Source: a virus
Taxonomy: Duplodnaviria; Heunggongvirae; Uroviricota; Caudoviricetes
Length of the DNA: 12,715 bases
Reading direction: 5' to 3' (one strand)
IMG/VR virus record: IMGVR_UViG_3300033993_001993
A model generated the notes under the pieces. The model did no database searches and had not been told where the DNA came from. It saw nothing but the letters and a program-made list of their open reading frames with translations. A program made the position numbers and the translations under genes. Below are positions 1 through 6,768 of this stretch, one piece after another; the stretch's first letter is position 1, and every line of letters begins with the position of its first letter.

Positions 1-186
1 CTCGTGTACATTGTGAACCCCTTTACCTGTTTGTTTTACTGAGGATAATTCCCAACCCTCTTTTTCAAAAAGTTCCATTACCTCATTTGTTGGGACAAAC
101 TCATATTTGTTTGTCATTTTAACAGATGGTGCCGTTGCGAAGATCGCTGGTGCGATAGATTTAATAAGTTCCGGAGTGTATATCAT
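1..186 (-). CDS. DUF932/DUF945-like phage protein, N-terminal 62 aa (runs off left edge)
   Basis: Not in ORF track. Hand translation from ATG 184-186: MIYTPELIKSIAPAIFATAPSVKMTNKYEFVPTNEVMELFEKEGWELSSVKQTGKGVHNVHE, no stop before the window edge. The 'PAIFA...KYEFVPT.EV....EGW' pattern resembles my recollection of DUF932/DUF945 N-termini. Confidence 0.75.
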   Translation of the reverse strand, partial: MIYTPELIKSIAPAIFATAPSVKMTNKYEFVPTNEVMELFEKEGWELSSVKQTGKGVHNVHE

Positions 187-190
187 ATTT

Positions 191-304
191 TTAGTTTTCT
201 TTGTTTTTGTGTTTTTGTTTTCGGGTATAAGATTTCTTACTCTTCTGAATGATAGGTCTAGTTGCCTGCCAAATTTCCTGTATTGTAATTTCTATTGTTC
301 TCAT
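191..304 (-). CDS. Small basic hypothetical protein (37 aa)
   Basis: Not in ORF track. ATG 302-304 to TAA 191-193: MRTIEITIQEIWQATRPIIQKSKKSYTRKQKHKNKEN. It lies just downstream of the promoter at 336-366 and ends 4 nt before the next ATG. Confidence 0.65.
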   Translation of the reverse strand: MRTIEITIQEIWQATRPIIQKSKKSYTRKQKHKNKEN

Positions 305-335
305 CGTTCATTTTCTCCCTTTTGATTAACTCTTA

Positions 336-366
336 CAAAGATATATAATTTTCAATAAATACCAAA
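336..366 (-). promoter_or_regulatory. Bacteroidota-type primary-sigma promoter (TTTG-N19-TATCTTTG)
   Basis: Plus strand CAAAGATA at 336-343 and CAAA at 363-366 give, on the minus strand, TTTG + 19 nt + TATCTTTG. This matches the established Bacteroidota -33 TTTG / -7 TAnnTTTG consensus. Confidence 0.75.
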
Positions 367-375
367 AAAAATATG

Positions 376-403
376 AAAAAAAAAACCACGATATCGTGGT
401 TTT
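376..403 (-). terminator. Intrinsic terminator after the 402-698 gene
   Basis: Perfect 22-bp palindrome AAAACCACGATATCGTGGTTTT (382-403; CCACG stem, ATAT loop) with a 10-A run at 376-385, which is a U-tract on the minus transcript. It overlaps the stop codon at 402-404. Confidence 0.8.
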
Positions 404-698
404 AATTTAGGATGATATCACCCCATTTAGTTTTCTGTATGAATCCTTCAATTTCGTTCTCAGGATTTAACATTTGATGAAGTTCAGGAGCTTTTAACTC
501 AATCACAATATCAATCATTTGTTTTCTCGATATAACGTGATCATTATTTTCATCATAATTCTTTTCACATCTTTCCCTTAGTTTCTGATAGAATTCCTCT
601 TTTTGGACTTGTCCTATCAAATCACTTAAATCATTTGGGTTGTTTTCAAAAAAAGAAATCAACTGACTTATGTAAATCTCACAATCTATATTTTTCAT
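402..698 (-). CDS. Hypothetical protein (98 aa)
   Basis: ORF track; flanked by a consensus promoter (703-734) and a terminator (376-403), so apparently monocistronic. No recognisable domain. Confidence 0.85.
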   Translation of the reverse strand: MKNIDCEIYISQLISFFENNPNDLSDLIGQVQKEEFYQKLRERCEKNYDENNDHVISRKQMIDIVIELKAPELHQMLNPENEIEGFIQKTKWGDIILN

Positions 699-702
699 AA
701 AA

Positions 703-734
703 CAAATATAATAGTTTTATGATTCTATGTCAAA
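703..734 (-). promoter_or_regulatory. Bacteroidota-type primary-sigma promoter (TTTG-N20-TATATTTG)
   Basis: Plus CAAATATA 703-710 and CAAA 731-734, spacer 20 nt. Only 4 nt (TTTT) separate the -7 box from the ATG at 696-698. Confidence 0.75.
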
Positions 735-1974
735 ATAAATCACTAATATCTATTCCACTCAAATCATCATCATCGTAATCATCATCTTCACCACCCATTG
801 CGTCTTTGAAATCTTGTTCTTTCAATTCACGAATAATATCGTTAACCATTCCTTGAATTATTTGTTCTCCTTTTGGATCACCTCTCAAGATAAGTTTTGC
901 AACTTTCATAAATTCTTCAGCGTTTAATGCCGAGAATCTCATAAATAAGTAATGTTGGATGTGTTTCATATCCTCTTCAAATAACTCTATAGGATATGTT
1001 GAGGTAAATTTCTCCCAGAAAATTGGACCCAATCGGGAATCCCAAATTTCAGCAGGTAACGTATCTTCAGCATTTAACACCATTTCTTGTTGTTTTGGAT
1101 CATCAGGTAATCCGTGAGTTCCGAACACTTCGTAAACACCCTTAACCAATTCGTGTACCAAAAGAGGGAAAGTCATTGCCTTTGCTTTTACCGTTGGTGG
1201 ATCCGTTTCTTCATCAACTTCCGATTGACCCATTTGTCCACCGCCACCGCCGGCCATACCTTCCATATCAGGATATAACCAATAAGCGTGTTCCATAAGA
1301 GCTTGTGTGGTAGTAAATAAATCCATTAACCTCGGGTTAATATTATTGATCTCATTTTTAGCCATATTAAACATATGCCCTCCTTTGAAAGCCGCTCCTT
1401 GGATTAATGAATTAATAAATCTTCTTTTCGCTCTTTCAAGGTTGAATGTTTCAACGTCACCCATAAATTCTTCGATCTCTTCTTCAGATGGCATTTCAGG
1501 TTCTTGTTTCATACCTTCTGCAGATCCCATAGGTTGCATAACAAGTTCTGCTTTAAATTGCATTGCATCTTCAGGAATACCCATCTCTTTTCTAACCAAA
1601 TCAACAGCTAATTTCTCAAGAGCCTCTTTGTTTTGCATTTGAATCATAACAAGTTGTTGCATTGATTGCATTGCCGTCATCATAAGAGTCATAAGGGGGT
1701 TACTTCCTTGGATAGCTCTTGTGTCTCCCATTGCCGCCCTTACTTTTTCAACCGAATCCTTAAATCTCTTAGAAGAGATTAATTCGATATAATCTCGATC
1801 CATTTCTGGAACCGCAGGAAATCCGTGATAAGGGGTTTCTTTACCTGTTATTTTTTTTTCGATGCCAGGTTCCATTCTTTCAGGCCCTTCGTAATCGATA
1901 GGTGCTTCCGCCAATCTCAAAAATTGTTTTTTTGTGATCCCTTCGGTATATAATTTTTCTTCTATTTTTTTCAT
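730..1974 (-). CDS. Hypothetical protein (414 aa), acidic C-terminus, HELVKG motif
   Basis: Long ORF in track (730-2004). I prefer the ATG at 1972-1974 (MKKIEE...) because it lies 1 nt after the upstream stop (1976-1978) and avoids a 29-nt overlap. Function not recognised. Confidence 0.85.
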   Translation of the reverse strand: MKKIEEKLYTEGITKKQFLRLAEAPIDYEGPERMEPGIEKKITGKETPYHGFPAVPEMDRDYIELISSKRFKDSVEKVRAAMGDTRAIQGSNPLMTLMMTAMQSMQQLVMIQMQNKEALEKLAVDLVRKEMGIPEDAMQFKAELVMQPMGSAEGMKQEPEMPSEEEIEEFMGDVETFNLERAKRRFINSLIQGAAFKGGHMFNMAKNEINNINPRLMDLFTTTQALMEHAYWLYPDMEGMAGGGGGQMGQSEVDEETDPPTVKAKAMTFPLLVHELVKGVYEVFGTHGLPDDPKQQEMVLNAEDTLPAEIWDSRLGPIFWEKFTSTYPIELFEEDMKHIQHYLFMRFSALNAEEFMKVAKLILRGDPKGEQIIQGMVNDIIRELKEQDFKDAMGGEDDDYDDDDLSGIDISDLF

Positions 1975-1975
1975 A

Positions 1976-2278
1976 TTATTCGAATTCAATTCCAAGTTCA
2001 TCAAACGTTAACCAATTAGGTAAATCTGCCTTTTTAGCTTTAGGTGCTTTCTTAGGTCCTGGCTTAGGACGATATGGTGTTCCAGGTTTAGATGGTTTTG
2101 TTGGGGTTTTGATTCCAGGTTTAACAGGAGTTTCAACTTCTCTCTGTTCCGCCATTTCAGTGTCCATCATATCAAAATCAACTTCATCATCCTCAACTTG
2201 TTCGGATAAAACAACACCAGGTTTGTATGAAAACAAAAACTTGATATCCTGAAGTTCTTCATTAATGTTCTTCTTCAT
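1976..2278 (-). CDS. Hypothetical protein (100 aa), Pro/Lys-rich centre
   Basis: ORF track; acidic linker followed by PVKPGIKTPTKPSKPGTPYRPKPGPKKAPKAKK; ATATTTAT motif 14 nt upstream. Confidence 0.8.
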   Translation of the reverse strand: MKKNINEELQDIKFLFSYKPGVVLSEQVEDDEVDFDMMDTEMAEQREVETPVKPGIKTPTKPSKPGTPYRPKPGPKKAPKAKKADLPNWLTFDELGIEFE

Positions 2279-2292
2279 AGTTTTTTTATTTA

Positions 2293-2300
2293 ATAAATAT
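2293..2300 (-). promoter_or_regulatory. Recurrent upstream motif ATATTTAT (putative phage late promoter)
   Basis: Plus ATAAATAT 2293-2300. The 12-mer TAATAAATATCT (2291-2302) is identical to 11847-11858, upstream of the 480-aa gene. Confidence 0.5.
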
Positions 2301-2306
2301 CTAGGT

Positions 2307-2594
2307 TTATTGTTCCGTTACGAGATAATACTGATATCCTAAGGAATAATATAAGAATTTACCTTTTTTCTTAAGGGTTTCGTTAAGTTTCTCTCTTTCA
2401 GATAACTTTATACCAATGATTTTTTTTTCTGGTGGTAATTTTCTACCAGGATGAGTATTCAACACATCATCAATTGGGTCTAAAAAATATTTTAACTTTT
2501 TTATTAGTTCTTTTTTTTCACCTATGGTCCCAATACCATACTTCTTACAAAGTGATTTAATTGCAACTAAATCTAATGAATTCAAATTTTCCAT
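2307..2594 (-). CDS. Protein with N-terminal SAP/HeH-like DNA-binding motif (95 aa)
   Basis: The track starts at TTG 2607-2609; ATG 2592-2594 is preferred because the promoter covers the TTG region. NSLDLVAIKSLCKKYGIGTIGEKKELIKKL fits the SAP pattern L..L....LK..(C/L)K..G(L/I)...G.K..LI..L. Confidence 0.7.
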   Translation of the reverse strand: MENLNSLDLVAIKSLCKKYGIGTIGEKKELIKKLKYFLDPIDDVLNTHPGRKLPPEKKIIGIKLSEREKLNETLKKKGKFLYYSLGYQYYLVTEQ

Positions 2595-2598
2595 AAAA

Positions 2599-2630
2599 CA
2601 AAGATACAAATATTAAGGCAATTGACCAAA
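2599..2630 (-). promoter_or_regulatory. Bacteroidota-type primary-sigma promoter (TTTG-N20-TATCTTTG)
   Basis: Plus CAAAGATA 2599-2606 and CAAA 2627-2630, spacer 20 nt. Again TTTT then ATG (2592-2594). Confidence 0.75.
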
Positions 2631-2852
2631 TTTCATTTTTGATATATAGTTGTAATATCTTGTTTTGAAGTGATTCCAGGTTGGGTTTTTACCACGTTCT
2701 TTATCACTATATCCTTGGTGATACCCCTCATTAATAATGATAGGCTCTATTTCTTTCACCTCACTTTTTAGGTTCTTAAGGATTAATCTTGTTTCTTCAG
2801 ATAATCCCTCTTTATTAAGATACTCTTTGATTTTTTTTTCTATTGGTCCCAT
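2613..2852 (-). CDS. Hypothetical protein (79 aa)
   Basis: ORF track; fills the gap between neighbours on the coding strand; contains GYHQGYSD. No domain recognised. Confidence 0.75.
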   Translation of the reverse strand: MGPIEKKIKEYLNKEGLSEETRLILKNLKSEVKEIEPIIINEGYHQGYSDKERGKNPTWNHFKTRYYNYISKMKFGQLP

Positions 2853-2868
2853 AACAACAAAAATATAA

Positions 2869-3459
2869 TTAAAATTCTTTTAAATCAACGGATACATCCT
2901 CAAGTGGGATTCCATATTTTTTTATTTTTTTATATAAAAGATCGTAAACTTCACCCTCTAAATAATCTTTAAAGTCTGTAGATTCATAGTTACCTAATGC
3001 TTCCATATATGCGGCTTCTATTGTATCATTTACGTTAATTTCGTTATCGGTACCTTCCTCATACATCATAAAGTCCATAGTACCTTGATTATTAAGATCC
3101 ACAGAAATGTTAATTGACTTTGGTAAACCGTAAAATGAATTTAGATAAATTTGATCGACCTTTATTTTAGTATCTAAATTGCCCCAATCACTTTTAAGGT
3201 CAAAAATTTTACCCTCAATTTCATCTACTATTCTATCCGCTAAACTATTAAACCCCCCATTGTACTCATACCATATTGGTCTGATAATTTTATAATCTTC
3301 ATTACTATCTTTTTGAATACCACTCACATCATAAATTACATCATCAATGTGTGGTTCTTTACCCCTCTTTTTTTGATTGTTCCATACAGCATAACAAAGT
3401 TTTCTAAGTTTCTCTTTAGTCAGTTTGCCATATTGTTCTTCTGTAATTATGATTTTCAT
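2869..3459 (-). CDS. Hypothetical acidic protein (196 aa) with MKIIITEEQY N-terminus
   Basis: ORF track; GTATTTAT motif 5 nt upstream (plus ATAAATAC 3465-3472). Confidence 0.85.
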   Translation of the reverse strand: MKIIITEEQYGKLTKEKLRKLCYAVWNNQKKRGKEPHIDDVIYDVSGIQKDSNEDYKIIRPIWYEYNGGFNSLADRIVDEIEGKIFDLKSDWGNLDTKIKVDQIYLNSFYGLPKSINISVDLNNQGTMDFMMYEEGTDNEINVNDTIEAAYMEALGNYESTDFKDYLEGEVYDLLYKKIKKYGIPLEDVSVDLKEF

Positions 3460-3464
3460 ATACG

Positions 3465-3472
3465 ATAAATAC
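3465..3472 (-). promoter_or_regulatory. Upstream motif GTATTTAT (variant of putative late promoter)
   Basis: Plus ATAAATAC 3465-3472, between the terminator at 3483-3504 and the ATG at 3457-3459. Confidence 0.4.
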
Positions 3473-3482
3473 TTCTTATAAT

Positions 3483-3504
3483 AAAAAACCCACCATAAGG
3501 TGGG
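3483..3504 (-). terminator. Intrinsic terminator after the LRR gene
   Basis: CCCACC-ATAA-GGTGGG (3489-3504), a 6-bp GC-rich stem, with A6 at 3483-3488 (U-tract on minus), 22 nt downstream of the stop at 3527. Confidence 0.85.
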
Positions 3505-3526
3505 CTTTATTTATTGTTTGTGTTTG

Positions 3527-4903
3527 TTATTCAAAAATGTGGAAATCATCATCTTGTTCCGCTCTTTGATATACTGAATCAGGAATGACTCCTCTTTCTT
3601 TACCACCCGGTATGTTAAGAACCATTAAGTTTGGCATATTACCAACACATTCAGGTAATTTTTGTAGTTTGGGATTATCAGGAAGTGATAAGTATTGTAA
3701 GTTTTCTAACCCACAAATAGAATCAGGAATTGATGCTACACAACCTACCAAATTCAATGCTGAAAGATCTTTAAATCTTGAGATATCGTCAGGTATGTTA
3801 AGAGCGAAATTATCTCCCTTACTAGTGTTTTTAAATGTGAATCTTTCAAGGTTATCTGGTAATGTTTCAAAGAATTCATCAAAACCATATAACGCTATGA
3901 ATTTAGACGCCGAATCACCAGGGTAATCAACTTGAACTTTCCTACCTTTCTCACCTGTTATTGATTTCATAAATTCAGGTTTGAAGAATTGTTTTAAGCT
4001 TTCTTCATTTGTATTTAAAAAATCAATTAAATTTATTTGTTTATCTGCCGGGTCCATAAATTGGTTGGATGGGAAGTGGAATTGGTAACGAAGTGACGGA
4101 AGACCCGATACATCACCATACTCTTTATCCCCTTGGTATGTAACACCTTTATTAGGTATAACCACATACAATGGACCATCTTTAATGTAACGATCAAACC
4201 AAGTTAAACCAGGTGATGATGTACACCATCTTGTTTCACCTTTAGATGGTTCTTGATAAGACCCACCATAGAAACAAGCGGCATCTTTACCAATTTGACC
4301 TGTGTCAGAAATTTTAGCCACCGTCCAATCTTGTCCACGATAAACAACATCCGCACCAGGGTGTTCGTAAGTTTTAGAAGCCTCTTTTTTCTCGTCTTTA
4401 GTTGCCTTAGTTTTTTCTAAACTAAAATCTTTAACTTGATCGTAAAGAGTTTCAGGTGTTAACTTATTGATATCACGTAATTCTTGTGGTAATCTATTTT
4501 TAAATCTTTCAAACTTTTGAAGGTCTCCTGTTACTTTATACAAATCCTCCAAAAATAAATCTTGGTATTCTTTTAAAGCTTGTTTGTATTGAGGTGATTG
4601 TGGATCTGAAATCATTAAAGGATGATCTTCAGGTAATCTAGGTGTTACAAAATTCTTCAATAACCATTGAGCGTATTTACCGATTTTAACTCGGTCCATA
4701 TCTTGTGGTTTTACATTATCAATATCCATTCCATCAGGAATTTTTGACGTTGGATCCGCAGCAATCAACGCAAATAAAGTTTCAAACGGAAGAATTCCTC
4801 TTTGTCCTTTTTGTTGTGGTTTAACGAATTTGTCATAAAGAACCTGAAATCTAGAGCTTTCTACGATTAGGTCTTTTAATAAGTTTGTAAAGCGTAATGA
4901 CAT
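3527..4903 (-). CDS. Phage protein (458 aa) with central 'TRWCT...YQFHF...QFMD' domain and C-terminal leucine-rich repeats
   Basis: ORF track. C-terminal repeats NIPDDISRFKDLSALNLVGCVA / SIPDSICGLENLQYLSLPDNPKLQ / KLPECVGNMPNLMVLNIPGGKERG / VIPDSV fit the x(L/I)Pxx(I/V)xxLxxLxxLxL LRR consensus (about 3572-3799). Confidence 0.85.
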   Translation of the reverse strand: MSLRFTNLLKDLIVESSRFQVLYDKFVKPQQKGQRGILPFETLFALIAADPTSKIPDGMDIDNVKPQDMDRVKIGKYAQWLLKNFVTPRLPEDHPLMISDPQSPQYKQALKEYQDLFLEDLYKVTGDLQKFERFKNRLPQELRDINKLTPETLYDQVKDFSLEKTKATKDEKKEASKTYEHPGADVVYRGQDWTVAKISDTGQIGKDAACFYGGSYQEPSKGETRWCTSSPGLTWFDRYIKDGPLYVVIPNKGVTYQGDKEYGDVSGLPSLRYQFHFPSNQFMDPADKQINLIDFLNTNEESLKQFFKPEFMKSITGEKGRKVQVDYPGDSASKFIALYGFDEFFETLPDNLERFTFKNTSKGDNFALNIPDDISRFKDLSALNLVGCVASIPDSICGLENLQYLSLPDNPKLQKLPECVGNMPNLMVLNIPGGKERGVIPDSVYQRAEQDDDFHIFE

Positions 4904-4917
4904 ATTATTTTTTTATA

Positions 4918-4925
4918 ATAAATAT
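4918..4925 (-). promoter_or_regulatory. Recurrent upstream motif ATATTTAT (putative phage late promoter)
   Basis: Plus ATAAATAT 4918-4925, 14 nt upstream of ATG 4901-4903, in a 38-nt intergenic gap. Confidence 0.5.
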
Positions 4926-4941
4926 TAGAAAATGCAGAAAA

Positions 4942-5793
4942 TTAATAATTCATAATAAGTAATTCCTCACCCATATTTTGTTTCTCCCCTTTTTTGGCTG
5001 AAGCCGCCTTAGCAAACTCCTTTTTTACCCAATTATATTTGTCCTCGGGGAACCACTCTTTAAGTAAATCAAAGTCATAATATGATAACGAAAATTTACC
5101 TTTTATATTGTGTAATACATTTGCCAAACGTTCGTGATCTCCCCTATCGAAGTCGTGATTTGAATAGTATGATCCTTCACCTACAATATAATATGGAGGG
5201 TCAACATAAAAATACGTTGTGGGTGAGTCATATTTCACAATCACATCTTCAAAATCCATATTTTCAACAAAGGTAATACTTTCAAACATTTTTTGCCATT
5301 CAGGTTTCTTTAATTTATTCATAAAAGAGGTAAATTTTGAATGATATTTACCTTTTAGGTTAATAAATTTTGACTTAGATGGGTTTGCTCCAGAAAAAAC
5401 TTGTGTCAACACATAGACGTATTTTGCGGCAACTTCATAATCGTAAGGTTGTACGCTGAAATTTTCATTAAATATTTCAGCCTGAAACCTGTTAAATTGT
5501 TCTTCACAAACAGGATTAGTCGGAAAAACTCCTTTTTCCTGTACTATGAATTTTTCACATTCTTGAAGAAGTTGTTTATGGTCTTTTAGACACTGATACA
5601 TATTATAGTTCAGTTTATTGAAGTCGTTATAAACGACTGTTTTTAGATTTGGGTAATCATCCAAGTTCATTTTAAAAAATGTCCAGAATTGACCCCCAAA
5701 AACCTCAATAAAAACTTCAATATCTTTTGGGATATTAGGAATTATTAATTGTGGGGCAATTTTTGATTTACCCCCTATATAACTTACGCACAT
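4942..5793 (-). CDS. Dam-like D12-class N6-adenine DNA methyltransferase (283 aa), orphan
   Basis: Alpha-group motif order: SYIGGKSK (motif X), FIEVFGG (motif I), VVYNDFN (motif II), FYVDPPY (catalytic motif IV), FSLSYYD. Target sequence cannot be deduced. Confidence 0.93.
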   Translation of the reverse strand: MCVSYIGGKSKIAPQLIIPNIPKDIEVFIEVFGGQFWTFFKMNLDDYPNLKTVVYNDFNKLNYNMYQCLKDHKQLLQECEKFIVQEKGVFPTNPVCEEQFNRFQAEIFNENFSVQPYDYEVAAKYVYVLTQVFSGANPSKSKFINLKGKYHSKFTSFMNKLKKPEWQKMFESITFVENMDFEDVIVKYDSPTTYFYVDPPYYIVGEGSYYSNHDFDRGDHERLANVLHNIKGKFSLSYYDFDLLKEWFPEDKYNWVKKEFAKAASAKKGEKQNMGEELLIMNY

Positions 5794-5803
5794 ATTTATC
5801 TTA

Positions 5804-6610
5804 TTATTTTATTATTTCGCATTTCCAACCTTTATTCATTTTTCCAACACCTCTAGATAAATTAGACATTGTTGAGTATTTTAAATTATTTTCATCACAA
5901 AATAACCTTAAGTTATCAATAATAATAGTTAAATTATGAGGATTAGTCAATTTATATTTTTTTCTATTTTTTGTTTTGGTGTAATCCCTTTTGAAGTTAT
6001 TATTTATTTGGTCGAAAACTTCTTTTTTCCTTCCTAATAACTCCTGAGGTTCACAATAAATAAAATCTCTAAATTTTTTAACATCTTCAATTTTATTTAT
6101 TTTTATTACAGAAAAATTTTTATCTTCATAAATTTTACCATACCCTAAATATTTAACCACATCTTCATTAAATTTCTTATTTGAACATATACTAACGGTA
6201 AACGAATTGGGTCTTTTTTTATTTTTTGTTATGCTTCCGTCACCATCAAAATATCCTCTAATAAAATCACCCATAAAATTTTTAGATATATCTGGTAATC
6301 TAATTTTTTGTGTCTTTTTTTCCACGCACCCTAAATTAAATAATTTTTTTACCATATAAGTTGAGTTAACGGAAACTGAGCAAAATTTACTTTTATTATC
6401 AATCCCACATTTTATCGGAGCATCACTTTCAATATCTAATAAAAACTTTTGGATGTGATTTTTGTCAGTATCTTTTAGTTTTAACTTCATCTCACCACTT
6501 TTTCCGTCTTTCATTCTAACAAATCCGTCAGCATATAAAAATCCAAGCCAATATATTGATTTTTCATTTAAACTATCAAAGAAATGCTCATTAACTTTAT
6601 ACTTTCTCAT
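5804..6610 (-). CDS. Free-standing double-motif LAGLIDADG endonuclease with C-terminal NUMOD1/IENR1-like DNA-binding domain (268 aa)
   Basis: Motif 1 YWLGFLYADGFV, motif 2 FIRGYFDGDGSI. The C-terminus KYKLTNP...IIDNLRLFCDENNLKYSTMSNLSRG...KGWKC resembles NUMOD1-type HTH modules. Confidence 0.9.
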   Translation of the reverse strand: MRKYKVNEHFFDSLNEKSIYWLGFLYADGFVRMKDGKSGEMKLKLKDTDKNHIQKFLLDIESDAPIKCGIDNKSKFCSVSVNSTYMVKKLFNLGCVEKKTQKIRLPDISKNFMGDFIRGYFDGDGSITKNKKRPNSFTVSICSNKKFNEDVVKYLGYGKIYEDKNFSVIKINKIEDVKKFRDFIYCEPQELLGRKKEVFDQINNNFKRDYTKTKNRKKYKLTNPHNLTIIIDNLRLFCDENNLKYSTMSNLSRGVGKMNKGWKCEIIK

Positions 6611-6755
6611 AATGTTCTTTCACTAAAATCTGAATGAATTTAGACACACTAACATTTTCATTCTTCATTTTATCAAACAAATATCGATCAATACTAATAC
6701 CGTATTTAACTTTTTTGTTCTCTTCATTTTTTTTTGGTCTTCCTGGTTTACTCAT
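6597..6755 (-). CDS. Small ribbon-helix-helix-like DNA-binding protein (52 aa)
   Basis: Not in ORF track. MSKPGRPKKNEENKKVKYGISIDRYLFDKMKNENVSVSKFIQILVKEHYEKV: GRPKK arm, alternating beta strand (VKYGISID), then two predicted helices, as in Arc/CopG/MetJ. Overlaps the endonuclease start by 14 nt. Confidence 0.75.
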   Translation of the reverse strand: MSKPGRPKKNEENKKVKYGISIDRYLFDKMKNENVSVSKFIQILVKEHYEKV

Positions 6756-6760
6756 ATATT

Positions 6761-6768
6761 ATAAATAT
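6761..6768 (-). promoter_or_regulatory. Recurrent upstream motif ATATTTAT
   Basis: Plus ATAAATAT 6761-6768, 5 nt upstream of the RHH-like ATG (6753-6755). Confidence 0.45.

Larger units (their letters stand above)
5804..6768 (-). mobile_element. Putative two-gene homing-endonuclease module (RHH-like regulator + LAGLIDADG)
   Basis: The two overlapping ORFs sit between the methyltransferase and the dnaJ region. Locally more AT-rich: 7/60 G+C at 6061-6120 vs 19/60 at 5161-5220 in the MTase (single-line samples only). Boundaries are approximate. Confidence 0.5.

Noticed and set aside
258-311. 17-aa ORF from ATG 309-311 with a GGGAG Shine-Dalgarno-like sequence
   Set aside because: It stops after 17 codons; the overlapping frame from ATG 302-304 gives a 37-aa ORF that abuts the next gene and is more plausible.
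1141-1170. Active zinc metallopeptidase call for the 414-aa protein
   Set aside because: The motif is HELVK, not HExxH; the second zinc ligand is missing.
5792-5799. Plus-strand ATATTTAT over the MTase start codon as an antisense promoter or a target-site duplication with 6813-6820
   Set aside because: An 8-nt all-A/T match is expected by chance here, and the flanks do not extend the identity.
6760-6767. Exact T4 late promoter TATAAATA on the plus strand
   Set aside because: Related copies at 2293, 3465, 4918 and 11849 would fire antisense into minus-strand genes; reading the motif as TATTTAT on the coding strand fits all cases better.
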